Part shown: positions 1-9,253 of the stretch, piece after piece | Layout of the letters: the number at the start of each line of letters is the position of its first letter | Numbering within the stretch: position 1 is the stretch's first letter | DNA from: Alphaproteobacteria bacterium | GTDB taxonomy: Bacteria > Pseudomonadota > Alphaproteobacteria > Rickettsiales > JABSSG01 | Assembly (NCBI GenBank): GCA_030431375.1 | Contig: JAUIIY010000006.1 | Location: forward strand, 2,808 to 66,807 | Length of the DNA stretch: 64,000 bases | Direction: 5' to 3' | The notes under the pieces: model-generated | Database searches by the model: none | What the model was told of the DNA's origin: nothing | The model's input: only the letters and a program-made list of their open reading frames with translations | Translations under genes and position numbers: made by a program

Positions 1-29
1 TTTACGAGTATTCTTACAAGCTTTAGTTA

Positions 30-46
30 TATCCCTGATCGGGATA
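30..46 (+). terminator. Possible stem-loop TATCCC-tgatc-GGGATA followed by a T-rich tract; candidate terminator of the unseen upstream gene
   Basis: Perfect 6-bp inverted repeat read directly at 30-35/41-46 with a 5-nt loop, followed by atttattatttct. The stem is short. Confidence 0.3.
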
Positions 47-83
47 ATTTATTATTTCTCAAAATCATAAAATGGAATAGCAG

Positions 84-1427
84 ATGGTCAGAACAAGATT
101 CGCTCCAAGCCCAACCGGATTATTACATGTAGGGAATGTTCGAACAGCCCTCATCAATTGGCTTTTCAGCAAAAGTCAAAATGGTGAGTTTTTTTTGAGA
201 ATTGACGACACTGATCCCGAACGCTCTAAGGAAGAATATACAGACCAACTTAAAAAAGACTTAGCTTGGCTTGGCATAAATTGGGATTTATATGCCCATC
301 AGAAAGATCGTTCCAATCGTTATGAAGAAATTAGGCAAGACCTAATCGCACGTGGATTGCTCTATCCTTGTTATGAAACCAAAGAAGAGCTCGATATAAA
401 AAGAAAAATCCAACTTGGTCAAGGAAAGCCACCAATTTACGACAGAGCCTCACTAAAATTGAGTGCCGATAAACTGAAACAATATGAGTTAGAAGGCAGA
501 AAACCGCATTATCGGTTTAAGTTAGAGGAAAGGGCCGTTGAATGGGAGGATATGGTAAGAGGGCATGTCAAATATGAGTCTATGTCTATGTCTGACCCTA
601 TATTGATACGAGGTGATGGAAGCTGGACCTATATGCTATGCTCAGTGATTGATGATATTGACTTCAAAATTTCTCATATTATTCGAGGAGATGATCACGT
701 TAACAATACAGCTATCCATATTCAGATTTTTGATGCACTTGGTGCAAAACCACCTATTTTTGCGCATCTTCCACGAATAACAACCAAAGATGCTGAGATA
801 TCAAAAAGAACAGGTGGCTTTGATATAAAAACCCTAAAAGAAGAAAAAGAGCTTGAAGCGATGACTATAGTGAATTTTCTAGCAAAAATAGGAACCTCTG
901 AGGCAGCAACTTCTTATCTCTCAAATTTGGATTTAGTAAAGGAATTTGATATTAACAAGTTCCATAAAAGTCCTACTAATTATGATGAAGGTGATTTAAT
1001 TCGCATTAATCACCGTATAATTGCTGAATACTCATTTGCAGATGTACAAAACAGGCTAAAAGAAATTGGAGCTCCACAAATAGATGAAAATTTCTGGAAT
1101 TCGATTAAACATAATTTAGAAATTTTATCTGATATTAAAATATGGCATCAAATTTGCTGCCAAGGCATTGAGCCATCTATAAATATAGAAGATCAGGATT
1201 TTTTGAAGGAAGCTTCGGAACATCTCCCAGAGGGTGAATGGAATAACGAAACCTGGAATGAGTGGGTAGATATTTTAAAAGAAAAAACTGGCCGGAAAGG
1301 GAAAAACCTATTTATGCCAATAAGAAAAGCATTAACAGCGCTAGAATTTGGTCCTGAATTAAAGTTTCTTTTACCTCTGATCGGCAAAGAAAAAGTAAAA
1401 AGTAGATTAAACGGAATAAAAGCATAA
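84..1427 (+). CDS. gltX: Glutamyl-tRNA synthetase (class I, short alphaproteobacterial form)
   Basis: 447-aa ORF. N-terminal signature RFAPSPTGLLHVGNVRTALINWLF (HIGH-type HVGN), LRIDDTDPERS, and a KMSKS-type ISKRTG. Confidence 0.93.
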   Translation: MVRTRFAPSPTGLLHVGNVRTALINWLFSKSQNGEFFLRIDDTDPERSKEEYTDQLKKDLAWLGINWDLYAHQKDRSNRYEEIRQDLIARGLLYPCYETKEELDIKRKIQLGQGKPPIYDRASLKLSADKLKQYELEGRKPHYRFKLEERAVEWEDMVRGHVKYESMSMSDPILIRGDGSWTYMLCSVIDDIDFKISHIIRGDDHVNNTAIHIQIFDALGAKPPIFAHLPRITTKDAEISKRTGGFDIKTLKEEKELEAMTIVNFLAKIGTSEAATSYLSNLDLVKEFDINKFHKSPTNYDEGDLIRINHRIIAEYSFADVQNRLKEIGAPQIDENFWNSIKHNLEILSDIKIWHQICCQGIEPSINIEDQDFLKEASEHLPEGEWNNETWNEWVDILKEKTGRKGKNLFMPIRKALTALEFGPELKFLLPLIGKEKVKSRLNGIKA

Positions 1428-1434
1428 AAAGTTC

Positions 1435-3258
1435 ATGTCTATAATACGAGCATTATCTCCAATTACTATCAGCAGAATAGCAGCGGGTGAAGTCGTTGAG
1501 AGACCAGCATCAGCTATCAAAGAATTGATTGAAAATTCACTTGATGCAGGAGCAACAGAAATAAACATTTCCGTTGAAGCTGGAGGCAGAAACCTGATCC
1601 TAATTCAGGATAATGGCTGTGGAATGGACAAGGATGATCTAGATCTTTGTGTGGAACGTCATACAACTTCAAAGTTGATGGATGACGATTTATTAAATAT
1701 TAGCAGCTTTGGATTTAGGGGTGAAGCCTTACCTTCAATTGCCTCCGTTAGCAGGCTGACCGTTAAATCACGCACCAAACACTCTGAGGGAGCCTGGTGT
1801 ATTACTGTTGCTGCAGGAGAAAAAACGCCGATAATGCCAGCCATGATGAATCATGGCACAATTGTAGAAGTACGCGATTTATTTTATGCAACCCCGGCAA
1901 GGCTAAAATTTCTTCGTACTGAGCGCACAGAACTACAACAAATCCATGAGATTGTTAAGAGAATTGCTTTAGTAAACCCTCAAGTAAAATTCTCTTTGAA
2001 TGCCGATGGCAAAAACATTGCTAGATATGAAGCCAGTGAAGATTTAGTGGATAATCGTCTAAATAGGATTTCTCAAATTCTAGGTAATGAGTTCGCTGAA
2101 AACTCCATCAATGTTGATATCCAAAGGGAGCAAATCAAATTATCTGGTTATATTAGCCTTCCAACGTACAACAGGGGTACATCTAATGACATATATCTGT
2201 ATATTAACGGCAGAACTGTTAAAGATAAAATCCTGCAAACTGCCCTAAGAATTGCATATCAAGATTTTATTAGTTCCGATAGATTCCCTGTTGCGGTATT
2301 GTTTTTAGATATCCCAAATGAATATGTTGATGTAAATGTGCATCCTGCGAAAACTGAAGTACGCTTTCGTGATATTCCATTGGTACGAAATGCAGTGATA
2401 TCTGGTCTAAAAAATGCAATTTTTGAAAAGGGTCAGAAAACCTCTTCGACCATAGCTGAAGATACTCTACGTTATATGAAACCTCACAGTAGTTTGTCGA
2501 TGAATCAACAAGCCCCGTCATTCTCAAGCAACTCATATAAAAGCTATAATAACTCATCATTCTCTAGACCAAAAAGCGAGGAAATAAAACTAGCAAATCA
2601 TTTTTTTGAGCCTTCAGCACAAAATTTTCACTCTCACACAGAAAATAATAATGCTCCAGATGAGCAGCCAGCCAATTCATACCCTCTTGGGGCCGCTGTC
2701 TGCCAACTGCATGAAACTTATATAATTTCACAGACAGAAAATAAAATTATTATCACAGACCAACATGCAGCCCATGAGCGTCTAATATATGAAAAATTAA
2801 AACAAGATATTCTCAATGAGGAAATTGAGAAACAACGTCTTCTAATTCCTGAAATCATCGAAATCGACGAATATAATATTGATAAGATTCTTGCTATCAA
2901 AGAAGATCTGGCAAAATTAGGTTTGAATATTACAAAATGCACTGATAAATCGATTATAGTGCACGAAATACCTCATATATTGGGTGACTGCAACGTACAA
3001 AAATTAGTCCGAAATATCATTGATGATTTACTAGAATTTGACAGTCAAATTAATTTCAGTGAATTGCTAAACCATATTTTGGCCACCTATGCTTGCCATC
3101 ATAGCATTAGATCTGGCCGCAGAATGAATATTACTGAGATGAACTCCCTATTGCGTGAAATGGAGGGCACCCCTCATTCTGGCCAATGTAACCACGGTAG
3201 ACCCACTTATATCGAGCTTAAACTCTCTGATATAGAAAAATTATTCGGAAGAAGCTAA
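1435..3258 (+). CDS. mutL: DNA mismatch repair protein MutL
   Basis: 607-aa ORF. GHKL ATPase motifs (IAAGEVVERPASAIKELIENSLDAGAT, DNGCGM, FGFRGEAL). C-terminal dimerisation region (DQHAAHERLIYE, ACHHSIR). Starts after a 7-nt gap from gltX. Confidence 0.93.
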   Translation: MSIIRALSPITISRIAAGEVVERPASAIKELIENSLDAGATEINISVEAGGRNLILIQDNGCGMDKDDLDLCVERHTTSKLMDDDLLNISSFGFRGEALPSIASVSRLTVKSRTKHSEGAWCITVAAGEKTPIMPAMMNHGTIVEVRDLFYATPARLKFLRTERTELQQIHEIVKRIALVNPQVKFSLNADGKNIARYEASEDLVDNRLNRISQILGNEFAENSINVDIQREQIKLSGYISLPTYNRGTSNDIYLYINGRTVKDKILQTALRIAYQDFISSDRFPVAVLFLDIPNEYVDVNVHPAKTEVRFRDIPLVRNAVISGLKNAIFEKGQKTSSTIAEDTLRYMKPHSSLSMNQQAPSFSSNSYKSYNNSSFSRPKSEEIKLANHFFEPSAQNFHSHTENNNAPDEQPANSYPLGAAVCQLHETYIISQTENKIIITDQHAAHERLIYEKLKQDILNEEIEKQRLLIPEIIEIDEYNIDKILAIKEDLAKLGLNITKCTDKSIIVHEIPHILGDCNVQKLVRNIIDDLLEFDSQINFSELLNHILATYACHHSIRSGRRMNITEMNSLLREMEGTPHSGQCNHGRPTYIELKLSDIEKLFGRS

Positions 3259-6200
3259 CCTCCACTCCCAACGTCTGTTGCTCTGATCATTCCAGGCATC
3301 ATAGGTTGATCGAGCAGTTTTTTTGAGTGTTTACCACGAGCGCGTGATGGATCGGAAACTATTTTGAGATTATCACCAGCTTTTCTTCTCAAGAGTTCAA
3401 TCTGAGAACGAGTAACGCACCCTCTAGAGACTTTGATCGTACCAACAATTTCTATATTATCGAGATTCACCTCTGTGAGATCTACCCCAGTAAGGTCACA
3501 ATCTTCTAAGGTTGCCCCTGTAAAGTTAACTCCCGTCATAGTAGCATTCCTAAAAGAAACGTTAGATAGTCTAGACTCCCAGAAACTGGCTTTTTCTAGT
3601 TTGGCATCATCAAATATTACATTCTTGATTTCTGATTTCTCAAATACCGATTCTACACAATCTGATGCTCTCATGTCAGTATCGTCTATAACCCCGTTTC
3701 TAAATATAACACTCGTAAATATGGCCCCTTTTAGATTAGTCTTCTTAATTGTGTGCTGATCAAACTCAGTATAGCCAAAATATGAATTAGCTATTTGAAC
3801 TTGCTCAAAAGCACCGCCCTTAAATTTCGCGTGATCAAAATTTGCACCTAAAAATAAAAAAGCATCGCGATTTTCTTTCTTACAACCAGATAATTTACAA
3901 TTTTGAAACTTAACATACTCAAAAACTGTTGAAGTTGCGTTAAAATGCTTGGCTTTGATGTTCGAAATTTCTACGTTATGAGCCTCTTCACCCGTAAACA
4001 TACCATATGCAAAGTCTGTGATTTTTCCTCTATATACTCTCTTACCAATATCCACTACTTCTCCAGTTTTAGATGTGGCCATTAGAGCAAAAACCCGATC
4101 CATCCATTTCATTGTACCAGTATGGGGGAATTGATATCTTTTTGTTTTATCCTCCGCCTTCTGCGACGATGCATTATAAGCTGAAACTATCTTTTCTATT
4201 AAAGGCCTGGTTTTGTCCAAACCTTTTTGTAGTTTTCTAAAATCATCTATCGATACTTTATCAATAATTTTTAGCAATTCTGCTTTCTGCATTACGGGGT
4301 CACTTAGATATAATATTTTTTCATATATATCTATACATTCACATCTCTCTAAAATTTCCAATATATCGGAGCTATATTTAAGCAATTCTCTAATATCTTG
4401 TTTATCTGAAAAGATCTCCATTGTAGAATATAAAAGATCTACAATATTTTCATTGGGAATTAATTCACCATTGGCATCTCTAAGTGGTTTTCCTCTTCTA
4501 TCAAATAATATACTCGTCTTACGAAGCATTTTATTGCTAACGATAGATTTCACTAAATTTATCTGCGCCTTCTTAGTTTCCTCTGGCGTTTTCCAAACTT
4601 TGCCTAGATTTATATCATCCAGAACAGGTAACAAACTTATAATGTTGCTCTTAATGCTACGATAATTTGTAATGATCTTAAACAGGATCTTTATGAACTC
4701 GATAGGAGTTCGGGACTTTAAAACCTTCCCTAATCTCGTTTGAGGATAGACCATTGGTTTCAGGAAAGGTGGCAATAAATACTCCACTAAATTACGCAAT
4801 ATAATACCAAACATGTTAGCTTTAAGCTCAGAGTCATAATGCAATAATTCTCTAACTGAATCGTGGGATATCAACATAATGATGTTTTGCACGGCCAACT
4901 TTCTTGCATCGTCTCTTATAACATCTTGTTTGCTAGCCCCATTTGTTCTTTCCCCACATTTTACTACAAACTGATATCTCGAATCATTTCTTATATCAGA
5001 GAGATATTTGACAAATTTTGTCTTAATGTTACTTTCTTGTTTTAACTTCACCTCAACACGTGACCGCATTAGCCAATCTCTGGAAACATGTTCAAATCTA
5101 ACATCCCTTTCTAACCCATTAAGACAAGACGATATAAAAGCATTTCTTGCTTCAACATCATTATTTAAAATTTCTAACAATACCGACTTAGAAACTTCGT
5201 CTAAATCCTTAGCAGACTCATATAAAATTGATTCAAATTCATCGATCAAATGCGTGATATTTTGGTTTCTTGGATGTATGGCTTTTACCATCTCTGTAAT
5301 TTTTGCATGATTAGCTTCAAGAAAGCTATGCACCCTCCGTCTTTCTGCAACTTCGTTCGCACTTGAGGCAATCATATGGTCATCACGCGACCTAGTAACA
5401 TTAATGGATCCATCTAATATTCTGATACCAGATGCCTTTATTCCACGCAAATCTAGGGATTCTACATGACCGATTACATTAAACCTTAGATTCATATTTA
5501 CGCCATTTGCTTGGGCCTGTCTTAATGAAGGCAGCATTGTTTTAAATGTTGCAGCATCTATCTCACAATCAATAATATTTATAGAATCTGTAAAAATGGC
5601 ATATCTGAAATCACAATTGACAATTTTGCTATTAGAAAAGGTGGTATCTTTAAACTGAGAAAATCTAAACTTAAAACCTGCAAAGTTATATTGATCAAAA
5701 CTCATATGTTTGAAATCAATACCTTCAAGCGATTTATTATGCATATATGTTTCAACATAATCATCTAGCAACGCACCTCTACTTTCAGGAAACCTGAATC
5801 GAGCAAAGTAACTACCTACATCAGCTTTTTTGTCATCTGGAATTGATCTGAGTACACTAAGAACTTTCTCCTGATACTTTGCCTTATGTAATTTATCAGC
5901 TGGAGAGAGGATATTTAGATATATAACTTCTGATATCATCGCAGGATTATGCTGGACCAAGTTAAATCCTGATTCTATTAATGATGATATATTTTGATAT
6001 AAATCAGCTTCTTTATCCGAAACTAATTCAGCCAATTTTGCCTGAATATCTTCTTGCGATCTGAGATTATGTCTTACGATAATCTCTCTCACGTTTTTAG
6101 ATAAATTACTTAGTTTTCTTACTAACTCGTCTACGTCCGCACGTATTTTTTTCTTCTCTTTTATGCTAGGATTTATCCTACTCAAAATTAAGTCCTCTAT

Positions 6201-6515
6201 TAAATCAGCAAAGAAAGTTTGATTCCCTTCAATAAGGGCTGTCATCTCTTGATCAGCAAGCAAGTTGAGTATTTCTGGAACTGGGTTATCAGCAATTTTG
6301 TTCCATACGGGCGAAAATTTTCTATATAAACTGACTAATGAATGTCCATTATATAAGATAGAACGTATATTTCCTGTTGAAACCGCTATAAGTCTATCGC
6401 TAAGCGATCCTTCAGTTCTGTTTGAAGCTTCCCTGAGCAACCTCTTTAGCAAATCTCCACTCGAACCAAGAAAAGCGCCAGCTCCCCTTAAGAAAGATGA
6501 GTATATACGTGGCAT
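3255..6515 (-). CDS. Large (1086 aa) hypothetical protein with two pentapeptide-repeat blocks; effector-like
   Basis: Uninterrupted 3.26-kb ORF in an AT-rich genome. The C-terminal block has 5-residue periodicity (NLKGAIFTSVIFRNGVIDDTDMRASDCVESVFEKSEIKNVIFDDAKLEKASFWESRLSNVSFRNATMTGVNFTGATLEDCDLTGVDLTEVNL). A shorter central block reads FKHMSFDQYNFAGFKFRFSQFKDTTFSNSKIVNCDFRYAIFTDS. I see no signal peptide or TM segment. No recognisable catalytic motif. Confidence 0.8.
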   Translation of the reverse strand: MPRIYSSFLRGAGAFLGSSGDLLKRLLREASNRTEGSLSDRLIAVSTGNIRSILYNGHSLVSLYRKFSPVWNKIADNPVPEILNLLADQEMTALIEGNQTFFADLIEDLILSRINPSIKEKKKIRADVDELVRKLSNLSKNVREIIVRHNLRSQEDIQAKLAELVSDKEADLYQNISSLIESGFNLVQHNPAMISEVIYLNILSPADKLHKAKYQEKVLSVLRSIPDDKKADVGSYFARFRFPESRGALLDDYVETYMHNKSLEGIDFKHMSFDQYNFAGFKFRFSQFKDTTFSNSKIVNCDFRYAIFTDSINIIDCEIDAATFKTMLPSLRQAQANGVNMNLRFNVIGHVESLDLRGIKASGIRILDGSINVTRSRDDHMIASSANEVAERRRVHSFLEANHAKITEMVKAIHPRNQNITHLIDEFESILYESAKDLDEVSKSVLLEILNNDVEARNAFISSCLNGLERDVRFEHVSRDWLMRSRVEVKLKQESNIKTKFVKYLSDIRNDSRYQFVVKCGERTNGASKQDVIRDDARKLAVQNIIMLISHDSVRELLHYDSELKANMFGIILRNLVEYLLPPFLKPMVYPQTRLGKVLKSRTPIEFIKILFKIITNYRSIKSNIISLLPVLDDINLGKVWKTPEETKKAQINLVKSIVSNKMLRKTSILFDRRGKPLRDANGELIPNENIVDLLYSTMEIFSDKQDIRELLKYSSDILEILERCECIDIYEKILYLSDPVMQKAELLKIIDKVSIDDFRKLQKGLDKTRPLIEKIVSAYNASSQKAEDKTKRYQFPHTGTMKWMDRVFALMATSKTGEVVDIGKRVYRGKITDFAYGMFTGEEAHNVEISNIKAKHFNATSTVFEYVKFQNCKLSGCKKENRDAFLFLGANFDHAKFKGGAFEQVQIANSYFGYTEFDQHTIKKTNLKGAIFTSVIFRNGVIDDTDMRASDCVESVFEKSEIKNVIFDDAKLEKASFWESRLSNVSFRNATMTGVNFTGATLEDCDLTGVDLTEVNLDNIEIVGTIKVSRGCVTRSQIELLRRKAGDNLKIVSDPSRARGKHSKKLLDQPMMPGMIRATDVGSGG
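3444..3947 (-). repeat. Coding pentapeptide-repeat block (C-terminal, approx aa 857-1024 of the 1086-aa protein)
   Basis: The A(D/N)LxX-like 5-residue periodicity is visible in the translation. Boundaries are approximate. Confidence 0.7.
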
Positions 6516-6611
6516 ATGATATTTTTATTTATCATCATAGACGATAATAATTAATAAAATACTAACTCGGGAAAAGAACTTAATATTGGTTAGCGAATTT
6601 TGTTACGATTT

Positions 6612-7151
6612 TTATTTAGATTTCTTCTCTTGAACAGTAATATTCTCAGAAATAAGCTTGGCATTTGGAATGAGGTATCTCTCGCCACTTCCTTCAATTG
6701 TAGTATGTCTGAGATCTATCTTTCTGACTTTACCTTGGATATTACCCACTTTAATATAGTCACTAACTAAGAAGGGACGATATAGGATAATAATAACACC
6801 TGATAAAATATTAGATAGGGCATCCTTAAATGCAAAACTAATAGCAAAACCAGCTAGCCCTAATTCTAAAACAAATATTCTTACATCTACTCCCATATGG
6901 TTTAGCGCCGCAATAATTGCTGACAAAATGATAAAGCTGTTGATAATCTTCCTAATTAGGAAAATGACAGATTGCTTTTCTTTACTTATTCGCTTTCTAA
7001 TATTCGAACTTATGAATTTTACAATAAAAGTGATCAAATAGAAAAAAAGAAAAATTGCCAGCGCTTCCAATAAATTTTCTGAAAAATCTAATATTTTCTG
7101 GCGCTCAAACAAATTACTCACTGAGCTTTTCATGAAATTTACAAATTGCAT
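6612..7151 (-). CDS. Small MscS-family mechanosensitive channel protein (179 aa, lacks the usual C-terminal cytoplasmic alpha/beta domain)
   Basis: Three hydrophobic helices. The last resembles the pore helix (GLAGFAISFAFKDALSNILSGVIIILYRPF) and is followed by the MscS beta-domain signature (GDYIKVGNIQGKVRKIDLRHTTIEGSGERYLIPNAKLISENITV). Starts 8 nt downstream of the ankyrin gene. Confidence 0.75.
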   Translation of the reverse strand: MQFVNFMKSSVSNLFERQKILDFSENLLEALAIFLFFYLITFIVKFISSNIRKRISKEKQSVIFLIRKIINSFIILSAIIAALNHMGVDVRIFVLELGLAGFAISFAFKDALSNILSGVIIILYRPFLVSDYIKVGNIQGKVRKIDLRHTTIEGSGERYLIPNAKLISENITVQEKKSK

Positions 7152-7159
7152 CTGCTCTC

Positions 7160-8050
7160 TTAATGGATTTGGTTATTCTCTAAATCAATATTGACAGTAT
7201 TAGAACTTACAAGATTATCATTTATTGGTAACCTAAACTCTAGTTCGTTCAACAAATCATTATCTAATACCAACAACTCATTCCTGTATAATACAGCTTC
7301 ATACTCTGCACAAGTCATTTCGCCATTAAAAAGCTTAGCCTCTAGACTCTTTACACGCCGATATGGCCTATCCATGAAAACCAATAGCAAACCACTCACA
7401 AGTGCTGTACCACCTAGAATAACCGGCAATAAGGCTATACCCTGAACAAAAAAGCAAGCCATAATGAATGACAAATATATGGATAACACCATGAATAAAC
7501 TGACTTTTCTTAATATATTTGCTGTGCGACAAGCTTCAATTAATGCACTAAACATACTCATGGTTTTTTTCCCACCAGACCTTTTTAGCAACTGAGCAGT
7601 TTTAGCATCCCCATATTTCTCTGCCATTTCCAGCGCTGTCTCGTGGTTTTCATTGACTAAATTAACTTTAACATTTTTTTTAATCAAAATTTCTAGCATT
7701 TCAAACTGCCCTTCTAAAACAGTTAAATGTATTGGAGTATTGCCATAATGATCTTTTGCATTCAAGTTAGGGTTCATAGATACTATCGCAAGAAATGCTT
7801 TTAAATTTCTTGTCTTAATAACTTTATGCAGAGGAGTTTCTCCCCTACCGTCCTTCACATCAGGATTTGCTCCATGAACCTTCAAAAGATTAATGATTGT
7901 TGTATCACCTCTCTCACAGGCAGCATGTAGGGGAGAGCTAGAGCTCTCTGAAACTTCCGATAATGATACTCCCTCTGCTAAAAGACTCTTCACCAACTGG
8001 AGATCCCCGTCTTTCACAGCTTTTAGCAAAGCCGACATATTTTTACGCAT
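7160..8050 (-). CDS. Ankyrin-repeat protein with a C-proximal two-helix hydrophobic hairpin
   Basis: 296-aa ORF with about four ANK repeats (SPLHAACERGDTTIINLLKVHGANPDVKD, ETPLHKVIK, NTPIHLTVLEGQFEMLEILIKKNVKVN, ETALEMAEKYGDAKTAQLL). Two adjacent hydrophobic helices lie at aa 183-226. Confidence 0.85.
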   Translation of the reverse strand: MRKNMSALLKAVKDGDLQLVKSLLAEGVSLSEVSESSSSPLHAACERGDTTIINLLKVHGANPDVKDGRGETPLHKVIKTRNLKAFLAIVSMNPNLNAKDHYGNTPIHLTVLEGQFEMLEILIKKNVKVNLVNENHETALEMAEKYGDAKTAQLLKRSGGKKTMSMFSALIEACRTANILRKVSLFMVLSIYLSFIMACFFVQGIALLPVILGGTALVSGLLLVFMDRPYRRVKSLEAKLFNGEMTCAEYEAVLYRNELLVLDNDLLNELEFRLPINDNLVSSNTVNIDLENNQIH

Positions 8051-8170
8051 GTAACACTCCTAGAATACAGACAATTATATTAATCAATGGTTAATAAATG
8101 GTTAATCAGGAGTTTTTTGTTGCATTTATTCATTATTGGGAATAAATTAGTGACCTTTGGATTAACAATT

Positions 8171-9253
8171 ATGAATTTAAGAATTCTTACCGTCGGCTTT
8201 GCAATATTCACCATGTTCTTTGGAGCCGGTAATATTACACTACCTTTAATACTAGCACAAAAATGGCCTGATGCCTGGATCAGCAGCTATATCGGGTTCA
8301 GTCTGACAGGAGTCCTAATCACATTACTTGGACTTATTTCCGCCGTTTATGCAGGCAGCACAAAAAAATTCTTTCTACCTTTAGGTGCTAAAATTGGCCT
8401 TCTAATTCAGATTATATTGATTTTAATAGAAGGACCCTTTGGGATCGTACCGAGATGCTTCATCGTTGCTTATGGTGGTGTAAAAACCGTTATTCCAGGA
8501 ATAAATGCTTGGATGTTTTATTTAATAAGCTCAATCATAGTATTTTATTTCGCAATTAGTAAAACACGACTAGTTTCCTCGATCGGGAATTATATCACAC
8601 CGGCCCTTCTCATAACACTAATTATAGTAATCAGTTACGCTTTTTTTGCAGGGGAGCAAGGTATCAATTTCAACTACTCAGTTGATTCTGACTCTTTTTA
8701 TGATGGACTCGTCATGGGCTACCTAACCTATGATTTACCGGGAGCAGTTTACTTTACAGGTATAGCACTTGTCTATTTGAACAGCCTTAGCAACAACCAA
8801 AAAGATATTTTCAGGCTCGGAATTGCAGCAAGTATTGTCAGCGGCGTACTGCTTGCACTGGTATATATAGCTTTTTTCTATCTAGGAGTGAAAAATTACT
8901 CACTTATCCAAAATACTCAGCCGGAGCAAATACTCACCACTATCATATTACATTCATTCGGGAAAATATTCGCTATCATCTTTGCAGGATTTGTTTTTGT
9001 AGCTTGTATTACCACAGCAATTGCTGCTATTACCATCTGGACAGATTTTATTTTCGAGCATCTCCCAAATAAAACTTCAAAATACAAAATAACCTTAGCC
9101 ATTAGTCTTCTTATTGCATCATTTGTTGCAAATTTTGAATTTAGTGGATTAATGAAATTTCTTTCGCCAGTATTAAATCTTATATATCCAATTCTAATCT
9201 GCTTAGCTATATATAATATTTATATAAGTAAAAGAAAAATGTTACCTCAATGA
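8171..9253 (+). CDS. brnQ: Branched-chain amino acid transport carrier (LIVCS/BrnQ family)
   Basis: Multi-TM ORF. The N-terminus GFAIFTMFFGAGNITLPLILAQ matches the BrnQ signature. The track start at 8087 adds an implausible leader, so I chose the ATG at 8171 (MNLRIL...). Confidence 0.8.
   Translation: MNLRILTVGFAIFTMFFGAGNITLPLILAQKWPDAWISSYIGFSLTGVLITLLGLISAVYAGSTKKFFLPLGAKIGLLIQIILILIEGPFGIVPRCFIVAYGGVKTVIPGINAWMFYLISSIIVFYFAISKTRLVSSIGNYITPALLITLIIVISYAFFAGEQGINFNYSVDSDSFYDGLVMGYLTYDLPGAVYFTGIALVYLNSLSNNQKDIFRLGIAASIVSGVLLALVYIAFFYLGVKNYSLIQNTQPEQILTTIILHSFGKIFAIIFAGFVFVACITTAIAAITIWTDFIFEHLPNKTSKYKITLAISLLIASFVANFEFSGLMKFLSPVLNLIYPILICLAIYNIYISKRKMLPQ

Noticed and set aside
4213-5310. 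Plus-strand ORFs of 150, 60 and 100 aa inside the 1086-aa gene
   Set aside because: They are Ser/Leu/Ile/Phe-rich low-complexity translations typical of antisense frames of an AT-rich gene. The minus-strand ORF is uninterrupted for 3.26 kb, which is far less likely by chance.
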